Part shown: positions 1-10,425 of the stretch, piece after piece
Numbering within the stretch: position 1 is the stretch's first letter
Layout: each line of letters begins with the position of its first letter
From: Candidatus Altimarinota bacterium
GTDB lineage: Bacteria > Patescibacteriota > Gracilibacteria > UBA1369
Reading direction: 5' to 3'
NCBI GenBank assembly: GCA_963677745.1
Contig: OY782391.1
Coordinates: 960,001-1,024,000 of the forward strand
DNA length: 64,000 nucleotides
The notes under the pieces: model-generated
Told to the model about the DNA's origin: nothing
The model's database searches: none
Seen by the model: only the letters and a program-made list of their open reading frames with translations
Position numbers and translations under genes: made by a program

Positions 1-2
1 CA

Positions 3-1424
3 GTGGCAGGGGCCAAAGCTGATCTGATCACCGGCCGCTACAAAAACGCCATCCGCAAAGTCGAGGGCGCCAAAAAAGAAAAGTTTGCCGAGATGATGAG
101 ACAGGAAAAAGAAAAATTTTCCAGTATTTCAGATGAGATGAAAAGCAAGACAACCTCCAATTTGCTTGAAGAAGGGGAGAAGGAAATGGTCGGTATTTAC
201 GATCCCTACCAGAAAATACTTACTCATGTCCGCGGACTGAACAGGCTGGAGGAAAAAGACCTGACCAAGCTGGAAGCGCTTTTGAACGCGCTGAACAGCA
301 TGAAGGCCAATCCGAAACTGGAAGGGATCTTTTTGAAGGCTTTGGGAAAGGATCTCCTGGACCCCAAAGAAATGCAGTATCTGGTTGAACAGATTAAACC
401 GGTCAATCTCAAGCAATGCCTGGAACAGGGGAAGGGTGAGGAGATTTTTGAGGCCAGCCAGTTGGGTTCGATCATCAGTGTAATGCAGGAAGGACAGAAA
501 CTGGAACTGGTGGCGATGCTGTTTGCCAGCAAGCCCGATGATGCCGGTAAGATTTTGGACGTCTTGACTGTCACCGGACAGATCAGCAACCTGCAGCTGA
601 AAAACCTGCTGGATAACAGAAAAATACCGGATCCACCGGCCAGCCAGCTTCGTAAGCAGCTGGAAGAAGGCGAGCTGGCCAAAAGACAGGAGGAATATCA
701 GAAAAAAGTTGATACCTTGGGCCGGGTAAACGAAGGCCGTACACCCGAAAATCCGCTGGCCAAGACGGTCGGAGGACCGGCAATTTTTGGAGCAATGACG
801 CTCTGGGGAGCGGCTACAGCTTTGGTCAACTTCAAGCTCAGTATGGATTGGGACAATCCGGACGAAGGAATTGCCAGAGTTCTCAGTAATGAATACTTCC
901 TGCTGGGTATGGGCGTGGCGGGAGTGGGTGTAGCGGGCACAACCTCCATCGTGGCTCCCGAAACTTACGACAAATACAAACAGAAATTCGTAGGATTTTT
1001 CAGCGGTCCGGAGAAAAAACAGGAACAGGTGGCAGCCCAAAAGGATGAACTGACCGGCTTTATTGAAGCCCAGATGAAGAGAAACCCCTACTTGATGGGA
1101 TTTCTGACCGAGAGACAGGGCGAGGACGAATTTCCGGGCGTGATCCCCAAAAGAACCGGTTTGGAAATTATCAAGGAGCTGGTAGCGGAAAAACAGGCCT
1201 CCAAACAGACCGTCAGTTTTTCTTTCGAGGAATTGTCCGCCAAATCCGGCCGCCGCCAGAAAGAGCTGCTGACCGGTGCCTACCGACTGGAAGGCGGCAA
1301 GGATATCAACTTGCAGGACAGCATCAGAAACATCATGGCCGGACTTTATCACATGAAAATGGATGACCCGGAAAACCTGGTCGCAATGGTTAAAGACCTT
1401 AACCACAAACAGGGAATCGCTTAA
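3..1424 (+). CDS. Hypothetical membrane protein, 5' end probably outside the window
   Basis: Frame is open from the window edge. Mostly charged helical sequence with two hydrophobic segments (GGPAIFGAMTLWGAATALVNF; YFLLGMGVAGVGVAGTTSIV). The next gene starts 8 nt after the stop. Confidence 0.8.
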   Translation: MAGAKADLITGRYKNAIRKVEGAKKEKFAEMMRQEKEKFSSISDEMKSKTTSNLLEEGEKEMVGIYDPYQKILTHVRGLNRLEEKDLTKLEALLNALNSMKANPKLEGIFLKALGKDLLDPKEMQYLVEQIKPVNLKQCLEQGKGEEIFEASQLGSIISVMQEGQKLELVAMLFASKPDDAGKILDVLTVTGQISNLQLKNLLDNRKIPDPPASQLRKQLEEGELAKRQEEYQKKVDTLGRVNEGRTPENPLAKTVGGPAIFGAMTLWGAATALVNFKLSMDWDNPDEGIARVLSNEYFLLGMGVAGVGVAGTTSIVAPETYDKYKQKFVGFFSGPEKKQEQVAAQKDELTGFIEAQMKRNPYLMGFLTERQGEDEFPGVIPKRTGLEIIKELVAEKQASKQTVSFSFEELSAKSGRRQKELLTGAYRLEGGKDINLQDSIRNIMAGLYHMKMDDPENLVAMVKDLNHKQGIA

Positions 1425-1432
1425 TAAAAATT

Positions 1433-3154
1433 ATGAACTACGATCCGTTATACATTCAGAAATTAACCAAGCTGGTCAACGAGGTGCTTAAGGATGAAGC
1501 CCGATACTACCGCCGTGCCAATACGGATTTTGCTGAACTGCACGATCAGTTTTTCAACAAGGTCAAGGAAAACAATTTTGCCTCCCTGCCCGAAGAAACC
1601 CGCAAGAAATTTAGAAAATATTTTTACGAGGGTTCCGATCTGACCACTCCGCGCCAGGACGTCCCATTTACCGGATCGGAGGAACAGCAAGCCTTCTTTT
1701 TTGACTCGCTGCGGATGCAGGTGCGCCATTGCACTTTCGGTCTGGATGAAATGAGATTTTTGATACCGAGCTTCTCCGATGAAAAAGCCACCGAGCCAAG
1801 CTTTTCCAACGCCCAGTCTGAACTGCTGCGCAGGGGGCTAGTTTTCCCGATCATGCAGGGACTGGAACAGCGTGAGATCAGTCTGATTGAAAAGAAAAAG
1901 ACCGGTGGGGAACAGCTCGCTGAAAGAGAGCCGGCCAACGCCAATCCTTATCAGTCTGCCGGAGACAAGATTCTGGTACAGAGCGAGTCCGGGGAATTTG
2001 ATTCCATACTGACCTATGATCAGCTGCTTATCCTGGCCGGATTTAAAGGAGATCTGGAAAAAATAAAAGAATATCTCCGCGCCAACGGACTGAATATCAA
2101 GCTGGACGAAAACGGAAATGTCTTCACCTATCTGGGATCTCTGGGAATTTCCGCCTATGATATCCCGGGCAACGGGCCGGCCGGACAAGACATCCAGTCC
2201 AATGCCAGCTTTTCATTTTCCCAATTGCTCGGTGAAATGAAAGCCAGGCAGGGCAGGGCAAACCAGTATAAAAGTCTGATTGCCGGCAAAGGCACCTTAA
2301 GTCTCAGTCAAAATAATTTTACTTATACGGATGCCGCAGGAGCGGAAGTCCCGTTAAACGGCCTGAGTCTCAAAATTGATCAGGGCGGCAACGGCTCCAA
2401 TGTGGTATTTGTCCTGACCGATAACGGAGACCGGGAAGGCAGAAACAGTACTTCCACCCTGGTGGAACTGAATGTGGATGATGACAGAGCCGGACAAAAT
2501 CCGCAGGAAAAATTAACATTTTATGAAAATCCGCAGGAAAAAAGTCCCACCGGTCCCACTATGGCCATTGCTCCGGCCGACCCCCGTCTGCAAATCCCGC
2601 TCCGCCAGCTTTATGAACAGGTCAGCCAGCCTCCCCAATATGAAACCTTTCCCGCTGCTCCGACGCCTCATCCCCGTGGAGAGGGGGGCGTGCCTGAAAT
2701 GCCTTTGGGCGTAGCTCCAACAGCAGGAGCCATTCCTGTGCCGATGACACTAAGATTGAATCTGGGCCGTCCCGAAATAACAGTAAAACAACCTCCTGCC
2801 ACCGCAACGGAAGAACCGGGAGTAAGACGTACTGTCACCACACGACGCCCCACCCCGACCTATACGGTGGCTCCCAGAACGTCAGCCACCGCCTATGGCA
2901 GATCCTCCCGCCCCAAAATCTTGGCCAACGCCCCGGCTCAAAGGCCGTCTCCCCGCCCCGGACAGCCCGCCGGTCCGGCAACCGGACCGGCCAGAGGAGG
3001 AAAGGTTACCGCCGAAGACCAAACCGCCCAAACCACTCCGCCGGCCCCCGGAAAAAAGACCAATCCCTTGATAGCGCTTATTCCCGGTGCGACTGTTTTA
3101 GGCGGCAGCGCTGTAGCGGCCCTACTTCAGGTACTGATGATGCCGCCCAAATAA
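1433..3154 (+). CDS. Hypothetical protein with Pro/Thr-rich linker and C-terminal membrane anchor
   Basis: 573-aa ORF with ATG after an A-rich spacer. The last third is P/T/A/R-rich and ends in a hydrophobic tail (LIALIPGATVLGGSAVAALLQVLMM). Confidence 0.85.
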   Translation: MNYDPLYIQKLTKLVNEVLKDEARYYRRANTDFAELHDQFFNKVKENNFASLPEETRKKFRKYFYEGSDLTTPRQDVPFTGSEEQQAFFFDSLRMQVRHCTFGLDEMRFLIPSFSDEKATEPSFSNAQSELLRRGLVFPIMQGLEQREISLIEKKKTGGEQLAEREPANANPYQSAGDKILVQSESGEFDSILTYDQLLILAGFKGDLEKIKEYLRANGLNIKLDENGNVFTYLGSLGISAYDIPGNGPAGQDIQSNASFSFSQLLGEMKARQGRANQYKSLIAGKGTLSLSQNNFTYTDAAGAEVPLNGLSLKIDQGGNGSNVVFVLTDNGDREGRNSTSTLVELNVDDDRAGQNPQEKLTFYENPQEKSPTGPTMAIAPADPRLQIPLRQLYEQVSQPPQYETFPAAPTPHPRGEGGVPEMPLGVAPTAGAIPVPMTLRLNLGRPEITVKQPPATATEEPGVRRTVTTRRPTPTYTVAPRTSATAYGRSSRPKILANAPAQRPSPRPGQPAGPATGPARGGKVTAEDQTAQTTPPAPGKKTNPLIALIPGATVLGGSAVAALLQVLMMPPK

Positions 3155-3184
3155 CAAAAAAATAAAAAAAATTATCAACCAACC

Positions 3185-5362
3185 ATGCTCAGATTAAGAA
3201 AAAAATTCGACTTCAGGATGAAACTGCTGATTCCCCTGGCCCTGATCCTGATTTTCATGCCATTGACGGCCCTGGCTGCCGAAAGCGGAACCAGCGATGT
3301 AATCAATAATGTCTTCAAGTTCTTTGCTGTCATTCTACAGACGCTGCAGGCGGTCTTGTGGCCGATTTTGTTGCTGTTGGGAGGACTCCTGAATAACGAC
3401 TTGCTCTTCAGCGGAGGAATGCAGACCATGTTACTCAATATCTGGAGTGCCATCCGCGATTTTGTAAACATTCTTTTTGTCCTGGGACTGCTCTTCATCG
3501 CTATTTATAACATTATCGGCCTGGCCAAGGACGAATTTGCCATTCCCAAAATCCTGCCGACCTTTGCCATTGCCCTGATTGCCGTAAATTTTTCCTTTCT
3601 GATGTGCAAGGTGGTGCTTGATGTGGTAAACGTAACCACCACCGCTATTTTCGCCGTCCCGATGGCGTCTACGTCCCTGCAAAAATACAAGGAAGATGCC
3701 GGTGCCCTGAAATCCCTCGATGACAAAATCTGCAATGACATGATGAATATGAAAGAAGTAAAAGAAACAGATAAAAAAAATCCCTATTGCGAACAGGCAG
3801 AATTCGATGCGGATAAAAAAGAAATGAAATACAAACTCAGCGATGCCGGAAAACAGTTCTTCAGCACTTTCAATTCCAGAAACGCCGCTCTGGTCATGGC
3901 GGTCGAGCTAATGGGTATTACCGATATCGACAAAGTTGAAATAAACAAAGTAAAAGATATTACCACGCTGGCCATCAATACTATCTTTTCATTGATCTTC
4001 TTTATTATTTACGCCACCGCCTTCATCGCGCTTTTTGTCACGATGCTGGTGCGCGTAATTATTCTCTGGATCAGTATTGCGCTGATGCCGATCTCCTTCC
4101 TGGGTATCGCCTTTTCCAATATTAAAAAAGAACTGGGCAAAAACGACCCCATGGAGCTCTTTTTCACTCACGCCCTGATTCCGGTTAAAGTCTCGGTGGT
4201 TTTGACCATTGGCATGATCATGATTACCCAACTCAAACAGATCGTGCCCGGCGGTACTTTCGCCACCCAGCCGGCCACCCTCAACGCCATTACTTCCAAT
4301 ATGAGCACAATCCAGGAAATCATCGCCGGACTGGCCACAGCTGCCTTTATTTGGATTGCCGCCTTCGAAGCCATGAAGGGCACTATGGCCGAAGGGATTA
4401 CCAACACAATTAAAAAGACAGTGGAAAAAGCCGGTTTGGATGTGGCCAAAATGCCTTTATATGTACCAATTTTGCCCACCAAGGGTGGTGAGAAAGTCGG
4501 TCTGGCCGCAGTGCTGCCTGCCCTGGCCGGTGCCAATCCCGCAACCGCCTATAACAAGGAGCGCCAGGCGGAAATTGATAAGAGATTCGCAGACAAAGGG
4601 ACCAGGCTTGGCAAACAACTGGATGAAGCAAAGACACAGGAAAGCGCCAAAAAAGCCGTGGCCAATACCATTATTGAATCAAATTATAAAGTTTCACCCG
4701 AATTACAGACAAAAATGGCCGCCACTATTGAAGGACAAAAACTTACTGCTGTCTTAAAGCAGCCTTCGGGTTATGGCAGCATGAAAGAATTCGTCGAGGC
4801 TTTGAGGGGCGGAAAGGTGAGTGAAGAAAAAATGAAAGAATTCTATGCTGCCAATCCCCAGAATCTGGCCGCGCAGGCTTCGGGAGTTCCGGAAGAAGCC
4901 AGCACTGCCAAGGATGTGGCTAAGAAAGCCAAAGATTCCGGAGAGAAAAAGGGCGTTGATGTCAAAGAAATCGACGATGAAGCCAAAGCATTGGAGACTC
5001 AGGCCACCGATCTTGCTACAAAACCTGACCCTGATCAGGCCAAATTAGCTACTGCTCGAGATGAGTTGAAAAAAGCCCGGGAAGCACTTGAGCGAAAAGT
5101 AGCAGCCCGCGACAACTTCAACGAGTCAACTTCAGCTGCTCATATTAAAGATACTGTTGCTGCCGATGGTACGATTTCCAGTCCTGCCAAAGCCAACGAA
5201 ATGAAAGCTAATGCCGACCGGTTTGTCGGATCACTCGATCAAAATAATAAACCGGCCAACGAAGCCGCTGTATTAAAGGCGCTGACCGCCAGAGTTAAAG
5301 AAGCTTTGGGACCGAATGTGGATGCGGAGAAAATTGCCAAACAAATACTCGCAGGTTCCTGA
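3185..5362 (+). CDS. Polytopic membrane protein, TrbL/VirB6-like, with long charged C-terminal tail
   Basis: Signal-like N-terminus, about 7 hydrophobic segments, and motifs WSAIRDFVNILFVLGLLFIA, LPTFAIALIAVNFS..D..N and VRVIILWISIALMPISFL, which resemble the VirB6-like proteins common in CPR. Start could be the ATG at 3218. CDS is certain; family call is from recalled motifs. Confidence 0.65.
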   Translation: MLRLRKKFDFRMKLLIPLALILIFMPLTALAAESGTSDVINNVFKFFAVILQTLQAVLWPILLLLGGLLNNDLLFSGGMQTMLLNIWSAIRDFVNILFVLGLLFIAIYNIIGLAKDEFAIPKILPTFAIALIAVNFSFLMCKVVLDVVNVTTTAIFAVPMASTSLQKYKEDAGALKSLDDKICNDMMNMKEVKETDKKNPYCEQAEFDADKKEMKYKLSDAGKQFFSTFNSRNAALVMAVELMGITDIDKVEINKVKDITTLAINTIFSLIFFIIYATAFIALFVTMLVRVIILWISIALMPISFLGIAFSNIKKELGKNDPMELFFTHALIPVKVSVVLTIGMIMITQLKQIVPGGTFATQPATLNAITSNMSTIQEIIAGLATAAFIWIAAFEAMKGTMAEGITNTIKKTVEKAGLDVAKMPLYVPILPTKGGEKVGLAAVLPALAGANPATAYNKERQAEIDKRFADKGTRLGKQLDEAKTQESAKKAVANTIIESNYKVSPELQTKMAATIEGQKLTAVLKQPSGYGSMKEFVEALRGGKVSEEKMKEFYAANPQNLAAQASGVPEEASTAKDVAKKAKDSGEKKGVDVKEIDDEAKALETQATDLATKPDPDQAKLATARDELKKAREALERKVAARDNFNESTSAAHIKDTVAADGTISSPAKANEMKANADRFVGSLDQNNKPANEAAVLKALTARVKEALGPNVDAEKIAKQILAGS

Positions 5363-5414
5363 TAAACCAACATTGTCCCGCGACAGCCGCTCCCTGAAGC
5401 CAACCAACCAAACA

Positions 5415-5444
5415 TTGACAAGTTTAAAAATTATTAGTTAAAAT
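5415..5444 (+). promoter_or_regulatory. Sigma70-type promoter for the 1243-aa gene
   Basis: TTGACA (5415-5420), 18-nt spacer, TAAAAT (5439-5444), 31 nt before the ATG. Confidence 0.65.
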
Positions 5445-5475
5445 ACAGTGTCGAGCATCGTATAAATCTCAAACC

Positions 5476-8400
5476 ATGGCCAGAAGAAGAGGACCACCAA
5501 GGGGTCTCAGACAACCAGGCATCGATGACACGCAGGAGCAGCAGACCGGAGCTGTGGAAGCCGGCAGAGCCGCTGAAAAGGAGATACCTCAGCAGTCTGT
5601 CGATCTCTCCGAAAACATGTGCAATGACTTCAACAAAAAAGTTGAAGGCGTGATGTCGCGTGTCGAAGGCCTCCGGGATTTTTATCTGAAAAACCGGAAA
5701 GTCGAGGATTTTAGCGAATTCTTTGAACAAAACCACGACGCCGTGGAAAAGCTGCTGAAAACCGATCTCAATAAACCTTATCAGGACGCGGTTAAAAATT
5801 CCGCCAGACGTGATGCCCTCTATGCCAAGATGGTCAAGCCCGACAAGCCGGGAATGCCTCCAGCCATCGAGGAGGCCGATCTGGAACGTCTGATGGGCAC
5901 CATTTCCACCAAGGCGTATCTGACACTGGTTGATAAACTCAGTAAAGATGCCACCCGTGCCGTGCCTTTGACTGCCGATGATACCGACCACCTTAACAAT
6001 GCCACCGTCGACAATTTCCGGCTTGTATTGGACAATCTGAAGAGCCAAAACAAGCTTACTGATCAGGAAATACTGGACTTGACCGCGGTCGGACCGAAAA
6101 CCGCTGAACAACTGAAAGTGGCCCGTGACGAAGTGTTTACCAAAATCGCCTCCTATGACGCCAGATACAAGACCAGCCTGCTGCCCGCTTATCAGAAAAC
6201 GGTCAAGGAGGAGGAAAGGGTCAATGCCGAATTCGACCAATATATAGAAGAATACAACCGTCTGGTTAAAGGTCTGGGCGAACAGATTCAGGCCATTTAC
6301 GATAAGGAACAGGACGACAAACTCCGCCAGAAACAGCTCAAATCCCTGTCCACTCAGTCCGGCCTGCCCATCAAAGAAGGACAGGTGCTCTGGGGCGCGG
6401 AGAGGAACGCCGATGGTACTCCCGGCGGCAAAAACAACCGCATTGAGATTAAAAGCCTCAGTTTTGAGGGCGTTGCCGAACCCGACCCGGAAATGCATCC
6501 GGATTTTCACACGCTGGTTCCGACCTTTGAACCTGTGGTGACTTTCAATTCTTTGGCCCAGGACGGCAGCGGCACCGTGATCGAACAGAAACTTACCGCC
6601 GCCAATTTCATGAAATGGCTGGTGGCCAACCAGGTTACCGAGAAATTTGAATCCGTACAGGAGCTGGAAAATGCTTTGGATCTTCCCGGATTTATTAAAC
6701 CCGGGCAATCATTTGAGTATCTGGAACCGGTGAAACCGGCTGCGGCAAATACCGACGGAACGGACCAGCAGCCCCTTCCCGAAGCCAAAACGGTCACCAT
6801 TGTGAAAGTTGAGGACGGCAAAATTTACCTGAGCGGAGAGGTCTTTTTGGACGGATTCGCCATGGGAAAGGGGCTTGACGCTCCACACCTGACCTCGGAA
6901 TTGGATTTCGGACAATTTGCCCGCTGGTACAGAAAACTTAACGCCGTACCGGAAATCGATGACCTGAAAAAACTCGATGAGATGCTGGAACTGCATCATA
7001 AAAAACTGGTGGCGGAACTGGGCATGGAAGAAATTTCCGGGGATCCGATCAATCTGTCCGACGCGGATTATCCGCTTACCCTGACCTCTGCCTATGATTT
7101 GGAAAAGCCTCCCTACCAGATTAATAAAGTGGAAAACGGTCTGATTGAGGACTCTGAAGGTCACGTCATGACCCCCGGTCAGTTTCTGCGCAAGGTCCGG
7201 GAAGACGGTTTAATGCTTCCGACTGAAGAACAACTGGAGGAGATGAAGAAAATTGCCGAGGGGAAAAGGGATGCCGATCAGTTGGATGCCCTGGCGGAGC
7301 TGGAAAATCAGATGAAACAGAAGCAGCAACCGGAAGGGCCGGCCGGAAAAACAGTGGACAAAGCTGCCGCCGTCTCGGCGATTAAAAAGAAAGGTTACTG
7401 GAGCAGCCTCTGGGAAAAAACTCATTTTCTCAATCTGATCGAAATTTATGAAATATTTATCAAAGCTCCTTATGACAGGATCAAGGCCAAGCTGAAAGAT
7501 AATTCGGAAAGACGCGTGGCAGAAGCGGGCAAGGAAATCTGGCGGGGAACACCCAATGTGCTGGGTTTGGGCGATCTGCCGGGCATTTTTGAAGATAAAG
7601 CCAACGGTAAAATTGCCAATGACGTCAAGGAACTGGAGGAACTCTATAATAAGAACAAAACCACCCAGGAAGTATTTGAGATTCTTTATTCCACCAATAA
7701 AAAAGTTGTCGTAAAAGCCTGTCTGCAATTTCTGTCCAAAAAAGGAGTGATCCGCTGGGAGGATGACAAAAGGCTTTGGAGCGTGCTCAATCATGTCTTT
7801 CCTAACACCACTTATCTGGAGGAATTTCATCAGCAGGTTGGCCCCGGTGCCAAAGTTGAGGTGGGGGATGGTACCCATGAACGGTTTCCGCAGGTTGGTA
7901 TCCGTGAACAGATACGCTGTCTGCTGGACAAGAACTTTTCTCCGGGTACTTTCGACTCGATTGACCGTGAGAATGAAGGCAAATACAAATCTGAAAAGCA
8001 GAATACCGCCGACAACATGCACCGTTATGAATTCATGCAGGGTGGAATTCAGAACCAGTTGCAGAAAATGCTTAATGACTGGGAAAACGGCGTGGCCGTC
8101 AAATCCTTTGAATTCGATGGTCTGTTGACACAGGCCGTCCAGAAAATGGAGTTCACCTTTGAACAGGGCATCATGTTTTTGATAGCCGGATTTTCCATCC
8201 CCAATAAACACGGTCAGACCCTGCTCAGTTATTCCCGCCTTAATTCCTATGTGGGAGGCATGGCCAACCACCTGATGTATTTCTATTTTGCCACCGGTTA
8301 TCCCCAGATCGATGAAAACGGCAATCCGGTGCTGAATCCTGATGGCAGTGTCAAAGAAGGCAAGATCAGCCTCAATCATTTGAAGCAGATCTATAACACT

Positions 8401-9207
8401 GTCATTAAAAAAGACATTGATGAAAACGAACGTAAAGGCAAGACCGGCAGCGCCAAGTTTACGGCCGGTAAAAATACCATCGAGTGGATCCAGAAAGAAA
8501 TGCTCGGCAACAGTCTGGTCAAGAAGAAACTCGGTCTTAAAGCCGGCAGCACCGACATCGATGTGGGTCTTTACCATTATATCGGTCCCAATATCCGCCA
8601 GGAATATCTGGATAAACTGCTCGGAAAGACTTACGGCTCACTGCAATCCACCGACGCCCTGAAAAATATGTACGCCGGCTACAACAGCCAGCTGATCATC
8701 AAGGCCAACATGCTCGAACCAAGCACAGATGAGTCCAAAAACCAGACCAATGCCGACGAGTTTGCCAATATGCTTTACGGATTTATTTATTTCAACAATA
8801 TCCTGAAAAGCCGTATCAAACGCGACAGCCAAGCCTATATCAGATTTAACGATCTGGCCTTTAACAGTGCGCCGCTGGCCGATAAAAAGAAAAAGACCGG
8901 AGTGTTCTGCAATGAACTGGAAAACTTTACCGCCGCCTTTGCCGGCGGGCTGGCCCAGCTGTCCGGAGATGAAGAACTGGCCCGCCTGGCCGGACAAGTC
9001 GTCCCGCCGGAAATTAAGGCTGTCCCCGATGAAGTGGAAGCCGACTTCAGAGAGTCTCTTTATAAGAATATTATGAAAATGTCCAAGGAGAAACCCGATG
9101 AACTGGCTAAACTGGCGAGCAACGCTGCTTCCCTGATGAATGGTATTTCCGGTTTCCAGCTGACCCCCGAGGAACTGAAAAAGCAAAGAGAAGAATCGGC
9201 AGCCTGA
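5476..9207 (+). CDS. Large soluble hypothetical protein (1243 aa)
   Basis: Long ORF with its own promoter and terminator. Coiled-coil-like N-terminal part, no signal peptide, no recognised catalytic motif. Confidence 0.9.
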   Translation: MARRRGPPRGLRQPGIDDTQEQQTGAVEAGRAAEKEIPQQSVDLSENMCNDFNKKVEGVMSRVEGLRDFYLKNRKVEDFSEFFEQNHDAVEKLLKTDLNKPYQDAVKNSARRDALYAKMVKPDKPGMPPAIEEADLERLMGTISTKAYLTLVDKLSKDATRAVPLTADDTDHLNNATVDNFRLVLDNLKSQNKLTDQEILDLTAVGPKTAEQLKVARDEVFTKIASYDARYKTSLLPAYQKTVKEEERVNAEFDQYIEEYNRLVKGLGEQIQAIYDKEQDDKLRQKQLKSLSTQSGLPIKEGQVLWGAERNADGTPGGKNNRIEIKSLSFEGVAEPDPEMHPDFHTLVPTFEPVVTFNSLAQDGSGTVIEQKLTAANFMKWLVANQVTEKFESVQELENALDLPGFIKPGQSFEYLEPVKPAAANTDGTDQQPLPEAKTVTIVKVEDGKIYLSGEVFLDGFAMGKGLDAPHLTSELDFGQFARWYRKLNAVPEIDDLKKLDEMLELHHKKLVAELGMEEISGDPINLSDADYPLTLTSAYDLEKPPYQINKVENGLIEDSEGHVMTPGQFLRKVREDGLMLPTEEQLEEMKKIAEGKRDADQLDALAELENQMKQKQQPEGPAGKTVDKAAAVSAIKKKGYWSSLWEKTHFLNLIEIYEIFIKAPYDRIKAKLKDNSERRVAEAGKEIWRGTPNVLGLGDLPGIFEDKANGKIANDVKELEELYNKNKTTQEVFEILYSTNKKVVVKACLQFLSKKGVIRWEDDKRLWSVLNHVFPNTTYLEEFHQQVGPGAKVEVGDGTHERFPQVGIREQIRCLLDKNFSPGTFDSIDRENEGKYKSEKQNTADNMHRYEFMQGGIQNQLQKMLNDWENGVAVKSFEFDGLLTQAVQKMEFTFEQGIMFLIAGFSIPNKHGQTLLSYSRLNSYVGGMANHLMYFYFATGYPQIDENGNPVLNPDGSVKEGKISLNHLKQIYNTVIKKDIDENERKGKTGSAKFTAGKNTIEWIQKEMLGNSLVKKKLGLKAGSTDIDVGLYHYIGPNIRQEYLDKLLGKTYGSLQSTDALKNMYAGYNSQLIIKANMLEPSTDESKNQTNADEFANMLYGFIYFNNILKSRIKRDSQAYIRFNDLAFNSAPLADKKKKTGVFCNELENFTAAFAGGLAQLSGDEELARLAGQVVPPEIKAVPDEVEADFRESLYKNIMKMSKEKPDELAKLASNAASLMNGISGFQLTPEELKKQREESAA

Positions 9208-9222
9208 ATAGATTTAAAGTGT

Positions 9223-9273
9223 GCGCCCCGCGCGATCAAGTCCTTCTGGACGATCGGCGCGGGGCGCTTTTTT
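9223..9273 (+). terminator. Intrinsic terminator (long GC hairpin plus U-tract)
   Basis: GCGCCCCGCGCGATC...GTCC-TTCT-GGAC...GATCGGCGCGGGGCGC followed by TTTTTT, just after the stop at 9207. Confidence 0.8.
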
Positions 9274-9278
9274 CTGAA

Positions 9279-9560
9279 CTATCCGGTCCGGGAATGGCTG
9301 ACAGAGGCTTTCCTGATCTCCACCCTGATTTGCGGCCGGTCATCCATCTTGTAGATGACATTTTGCCACAGCAGTGCCTTCAGGGGGGGCGAGGAAGGGG
9401 CGGTAGGGCCCCCGTACATCCTCATCCAGACCAATGCCAGCAGTCCCAATGCCGCGGGCAGCACTTCCTCCGCCAGATATCCCAGTCTCAGCAGACCGAA
9501 GGCTCCCGCCACCAGAAAAGTCATGATTGCGGCCAGCAGAACCAGCACCAGAGGTCTCAT
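9279..9560 (-). CDS. Small hypothetical membrane protein (2 TM)
   Basis: 93 aa with two hydrophobic stretches. AGGAGG lies 9 nt upstream of the ATG on the minus strand. Stop lies just before the 9223-9273 hairpin. Confidence 0.55.
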   Translation of the reverse strand: MRPLVLVLLAAIMTFLVAGAFGLLRLGYLAEEVLPAALGLLALVWMRMYGGPTAPSSPPLKALLWQNVIYKMDDRPQIRVEIRKASVSHSRTG

Positions 9561-9807
9561 TAAGCACGTCCTCCTCTTCCCGCAGTTTGCGGTATCCCGG
9601 TTAATTATAGTTCAGCAAAGTGTATTCTGCGGACAAAATCGCTCCGGCCAGGCCGGATTGGCGCCTTGCACGCAAGATTCACTCTGCTACTTAGAAATTT
9701 TAAGGATCAACAATAGAACTGGAGAAGAGCCATTTAAGCACTTTCCAGAAAAAATGCAAGTGGCCGTGCAAAAGTCCGGAACTGGGCTGAAATAAGCAGA
9801 AAATAGG

Positions 9808-9836
9808 TTGACAACCGCAAACCGGACTACTATTAT
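9808..9836 (+). promoter_or_regulatory. Sigma70-type promoter
   Basis: TTGACA (9808-9813), 17-nt spacer, TATTAT (9831-9836). Confidence 0.75.
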
Positions 9837-9931
9837 CCGGCGCGTGTGATCGCCAGCTGTTTCAAGCGGCCGGCTTTCCGACCCTAAACAAACCGGAAAG
9901 GTAAGGTTACTAGCGTGGAGAGACGGATGAA

Positions 9932-10402
9932 ATGACTTCCAACACAGCAGTTATCAACCAGATGGACGTGACCATTCACAGCAATGAGATTTGGCCGTAC
10001 ATCAACCAGAACAACATCTCTACGGCGCAATTCGGAGCAGTCTGCGTTCGGCTCTACCGCCTGTTCCGCGACTGCCAATGGCCCCTGATCGACTATGTCA
10101 GGCCGCCCCATTCGGATGGCATCGAGGAGCTTCACAAGCAGCCGTACGCTACCGTTCTGCGTCTGATCGCAGTGTCCAAACTGGAGGAGGAGATCAAAAA
10201 AGTAAAATCCAAAACCAAGCTCTCCGAGTACAGCCCCGAAATCCGGGGATTCCGCGAGCAGATGGTTGAGCATTTGGAGACTGTGCTCGCCACTGCTCCC
10301 GAGCTGGTCATCAACGATTCAGTCCGGAATTGGCTGCAACGGATTCAACCCCGTCCCGCCAGTCATCCGGCTTCCATCCCCGCTCCGGCTCCGCAGCCGT
10401 AA
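9932..10402 (+). CDS. Hypothetical protein (156 aa)
   Basis: ATG ORF downstream of a near-consensus promoter and followed by a long hairpin. Helical composition with a Pro-rich tail. Confidence 0.7.
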   Translation: MTSNTAVINQMDVTIHSNEIWPYINQNNISTAQFGAVCVRLYRLFRDCQWPLIDYVRPPHSDGIEELHKQPYATVLRLIAVSKLEEEIKKVKSKTKLSEYSPEIRGFREQMVEHLETVLATAPELVINDSVRNWLQRIQPRPASHPASIPAPAPQP

Positions 10403-10425
10403 AGTACCCTTCGCCGTTCCGGTCT

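Noticed and set aside
129-9186. Long antisense ORFs (129-1406, 5434-6708, 7210-8577, 8638-9186) and similar ones opposite uvrA, recJ and the giant gene
   Set aside because: They are shadows on the opposite strand of well-supported genes, with implausible F/L/Q/H-rich composition and no motifs.
9219-9795. Alternative ORFs 9219-9563 (+), 9355-9795 (+) and 9340-9567 (-)
   Set aside because: They run through a terminator or lack a plausible composition. The 93-aa minus-strand ORF has a ribosome-binding site and a TM pattern.
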